A stretch of 64,000 nt of DNA from Mytilus trossulus. Lineage: Eukaryota. The position numbers were made by a program, and so were the translations under genes. The notes beneath the pieces were generated by a model. That model did not search any database and had not been told where the DNA came from. It worked only from the letters and a program-made list of their open reading frames with translations. The stretch is taken from the NCBI RefSeq assembly GCF_036588685.1, contig NC_086384.1, forward strand, positions 17,050,001-17,114,000, read 5' to 3'. The stretch's first letter is position 1; every line of letters starts with the position of its first letter. Shown one piece after another: positions 62,296 through 64,000 of this stretch.

Positions 62296-63996
62296 TTATA
62301 ACTGAACATCATATATAAATACCTGACCATCACAATCATTACAAACTAACAACTGTTTCCTTTTATCACTAAAATGAATGCAATATGGATGATTCATTCC
62401 ACTACTTTTGTCTAGGATACGTTTGCATTGTTGTCCGTCTGATGATATCACAGTGATACCATCATTATAATAATCAGCAGCAAACACTACATCGTTTAAT
62501 CCACATGTGATACCATACACTCTCGTTAGTAAATCATGTGTTACTTTCCATCGAATGCTGCCTTGTCTATCACAACATATAACACTTCTTTCTCGCCAGA
62601 TCGGATAATAAATCTGATCAGAACTTCCTACGCACAGATGTGATGTTGATCGGCTTTCGAATTGAATGTTTGATATCTGTGTCCCCGATACTGATATAAT
62701 GCTGATACCTTTAATTCCATAACGTAGGAATAGTTTGCCGTCTTTGTATACTATTCCCCATACCTTTTCTGGGGACTCGAATATTGTGTTTAATTGCTCG
62801 TTCTTAGTATTCAACGTACAAATTTTCTGTTCATTGAAAAAAGAAATTGCAATCAGATCTTTATCTATATAGGTAATGTCGAAAGGTTCCCATTGCAGTT
62901 TAAATTTTTTAATAAGACTTCCACTTAAGTTGTACATTAGAATTGTTTTGTCTGTCTCATTTACCAACAGTATTTCCCCACCAGGTAAAATCTCACACCC
63001 GGTCAATCTGATTTTCTCACTCTGAACTTTAAACGAAGTATTTTTCTTTAATGTAATTGAGTGTATGTCTGTAACATATTCTCGTCTTTTGCTGGGTAAT
63101 ATTATTAGCGCCTGCTTTTCTGTGGTTACTTCTGTGCAAACTGAACTGTCAAATGTTTTGATGGAAATTTTACCCCAACTGTTGATGTCCTTTTGAAACG
63201 ATTTGAGACCATCTGATACTTTAAATTGTACATCAACTGTTTTCATTTCAGGTTTAATTTTTATATCTTTGATATAAGAAAGTTCTTTTTCAACATCCTT
63301 TTCGATTTCACGTAGAGCCAAAAATACTTGCAAATCTGTAGCATGACTTTTCATCTGATTAATGTTGTTAATGGCTATTTCAACGAGTTTTATTTTACTA
63401 TCTATTACAGAAATGAAACTTTGAATTGTTGTCTTGACCTCGTTCTGCTTGTCTTTTAAGTTTTTGTTCATTTCTAATTCCAGAGCGTCCAGATGACAGC
63501 TGATCTGTTTCCTGAAATCTGCTATTTCTTTCTGGTAAGTTGTAGTTTTCTCGTCAATATGTTTTACGTTACTTCTTTTTTCGTCCCTTATCTTTTGAAA
63601 AATGCTTTGAATTTCAGATAAATTGTGCTCGATATTCGTTACAGATGACGATGTTTTGATATTTTGTACAACATCTCGAAGCGAATCGATCTCACATTTT
63701 TTGTGATCTTCTTTCACACATTTGACACAACATGGCGACACATGGTTGGTACAATAAAATTCATATTTCTCTTCGTGTACACTGCAGTGGTGTTTGATTT
63801 CCAGTGCAGATCGCGGAAGATTTAAATAGTCTCTAATTGATATTGTTTTATGATTCTTTGTTAGTTTCCTACGGGTGTGAAGATCATCACATTCGATACA
63901 AATAGCTTCCTCACATTCGGAACACCACGATGATGCTGGTTTAGAGATATTCTGGAGTTGGCAGACATCACATAAGGATACTGCAGTTGCCATCAT
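62296..63996 (-). CDS. RING-less TRIM-like protein 3 (B-boxes, coiled coil, NHL-like propeller), 566 aa
   Basis: Intact ORF paralogous to genes 1 and 2; ag/GTATGATG at the window edge. Confidence 0.93.
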   Translation of the reverse strand: MMATAVSLCDVCQLQNISKPASSWCSECEEAICIECDDLHTRRKLTKNHKTISIRDYLNLPRSALEIKHHCSVHEEKYEFYCTNHVSPCCVKCVKEDHKKCEIDSLRDVVQNIKTSSSVTNIEHNLSEIQSIFQKIRDEKRSNVKHIDEKTTTYQKEIADFRKQISCHLDALELEMNKNLKDKQNEVKTTIQSFISVIDSKIKLVEIAINNINQMKSHATDLQVFLALREIEKDVEKELSYIKDIKIKPEMKTVDVQFKVSDGLKSFQKDINSWGKISIKTFDSSVCTEVTTEKQALIILPSKRREYVTDIHSITLKKNTSFKVQSEKIRLTGCEILPGGEILLVNETDKTILMYNLSGSLIKKFKLQWEPFDITYIDKDLIAISFFNEQKICTLNTKNEQLNTIFESPEKVWGIVYKDGKLFLRYGIKGISIISVSGTQISNIQFESRSTSHLCVGSSDQIYYPIWRERSVICCDRQGSIRWKVTHDLLTRVYGITCGLNDVVFAADYYNDGITVISSDGQQCKRILDKSSGMNHPYCIHFSDKRKQLLVCNDCDGQVFIYDVQL

Positions 63997-64000
63997 ACCT

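Overview
AT-rich eukaryotic (animal) genomic DNA, most likely a bivalve such as a Mytilus mussel; this is inferred from repeat families and gene content and was not verified by search. The left third holds a spliced phospholipid scramblase gene (+ strand) whose 5' end I could not resolve. It has 7 shared coding exons, a GC-AG intron and three alternative, paralogous last exons. The rest is a tandem array of three RING-less TRIM-like genes (- strand; 2 B-boxes, coiled coil, NHL-type beta-propeller) embedded in segmental duplications, with the propeller much more diverged than the N-terminal half. Repeats include a 3' fragment of a Naiad-type Penelope-like retroelement, a tRNA-headed element, a 5'-truncated CR1/L2-like LINE, Helentron-like HINEs, MITEs and a decayed two-gene Harbinger transposon. 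The most striking signal is at the RNA level. The Penelope-like 3' UTR carries a type II SECIS followed by a circularly permuted (P5-type) twister-like ribozyme in which P1 is replaced by two short palindromes. The same fold, with compensatory base changes, recurs in at least three different repeat families in this window. A separate repeat family carries minimal type I hammerhead ribozymes. All structures and alignments were made by eye.
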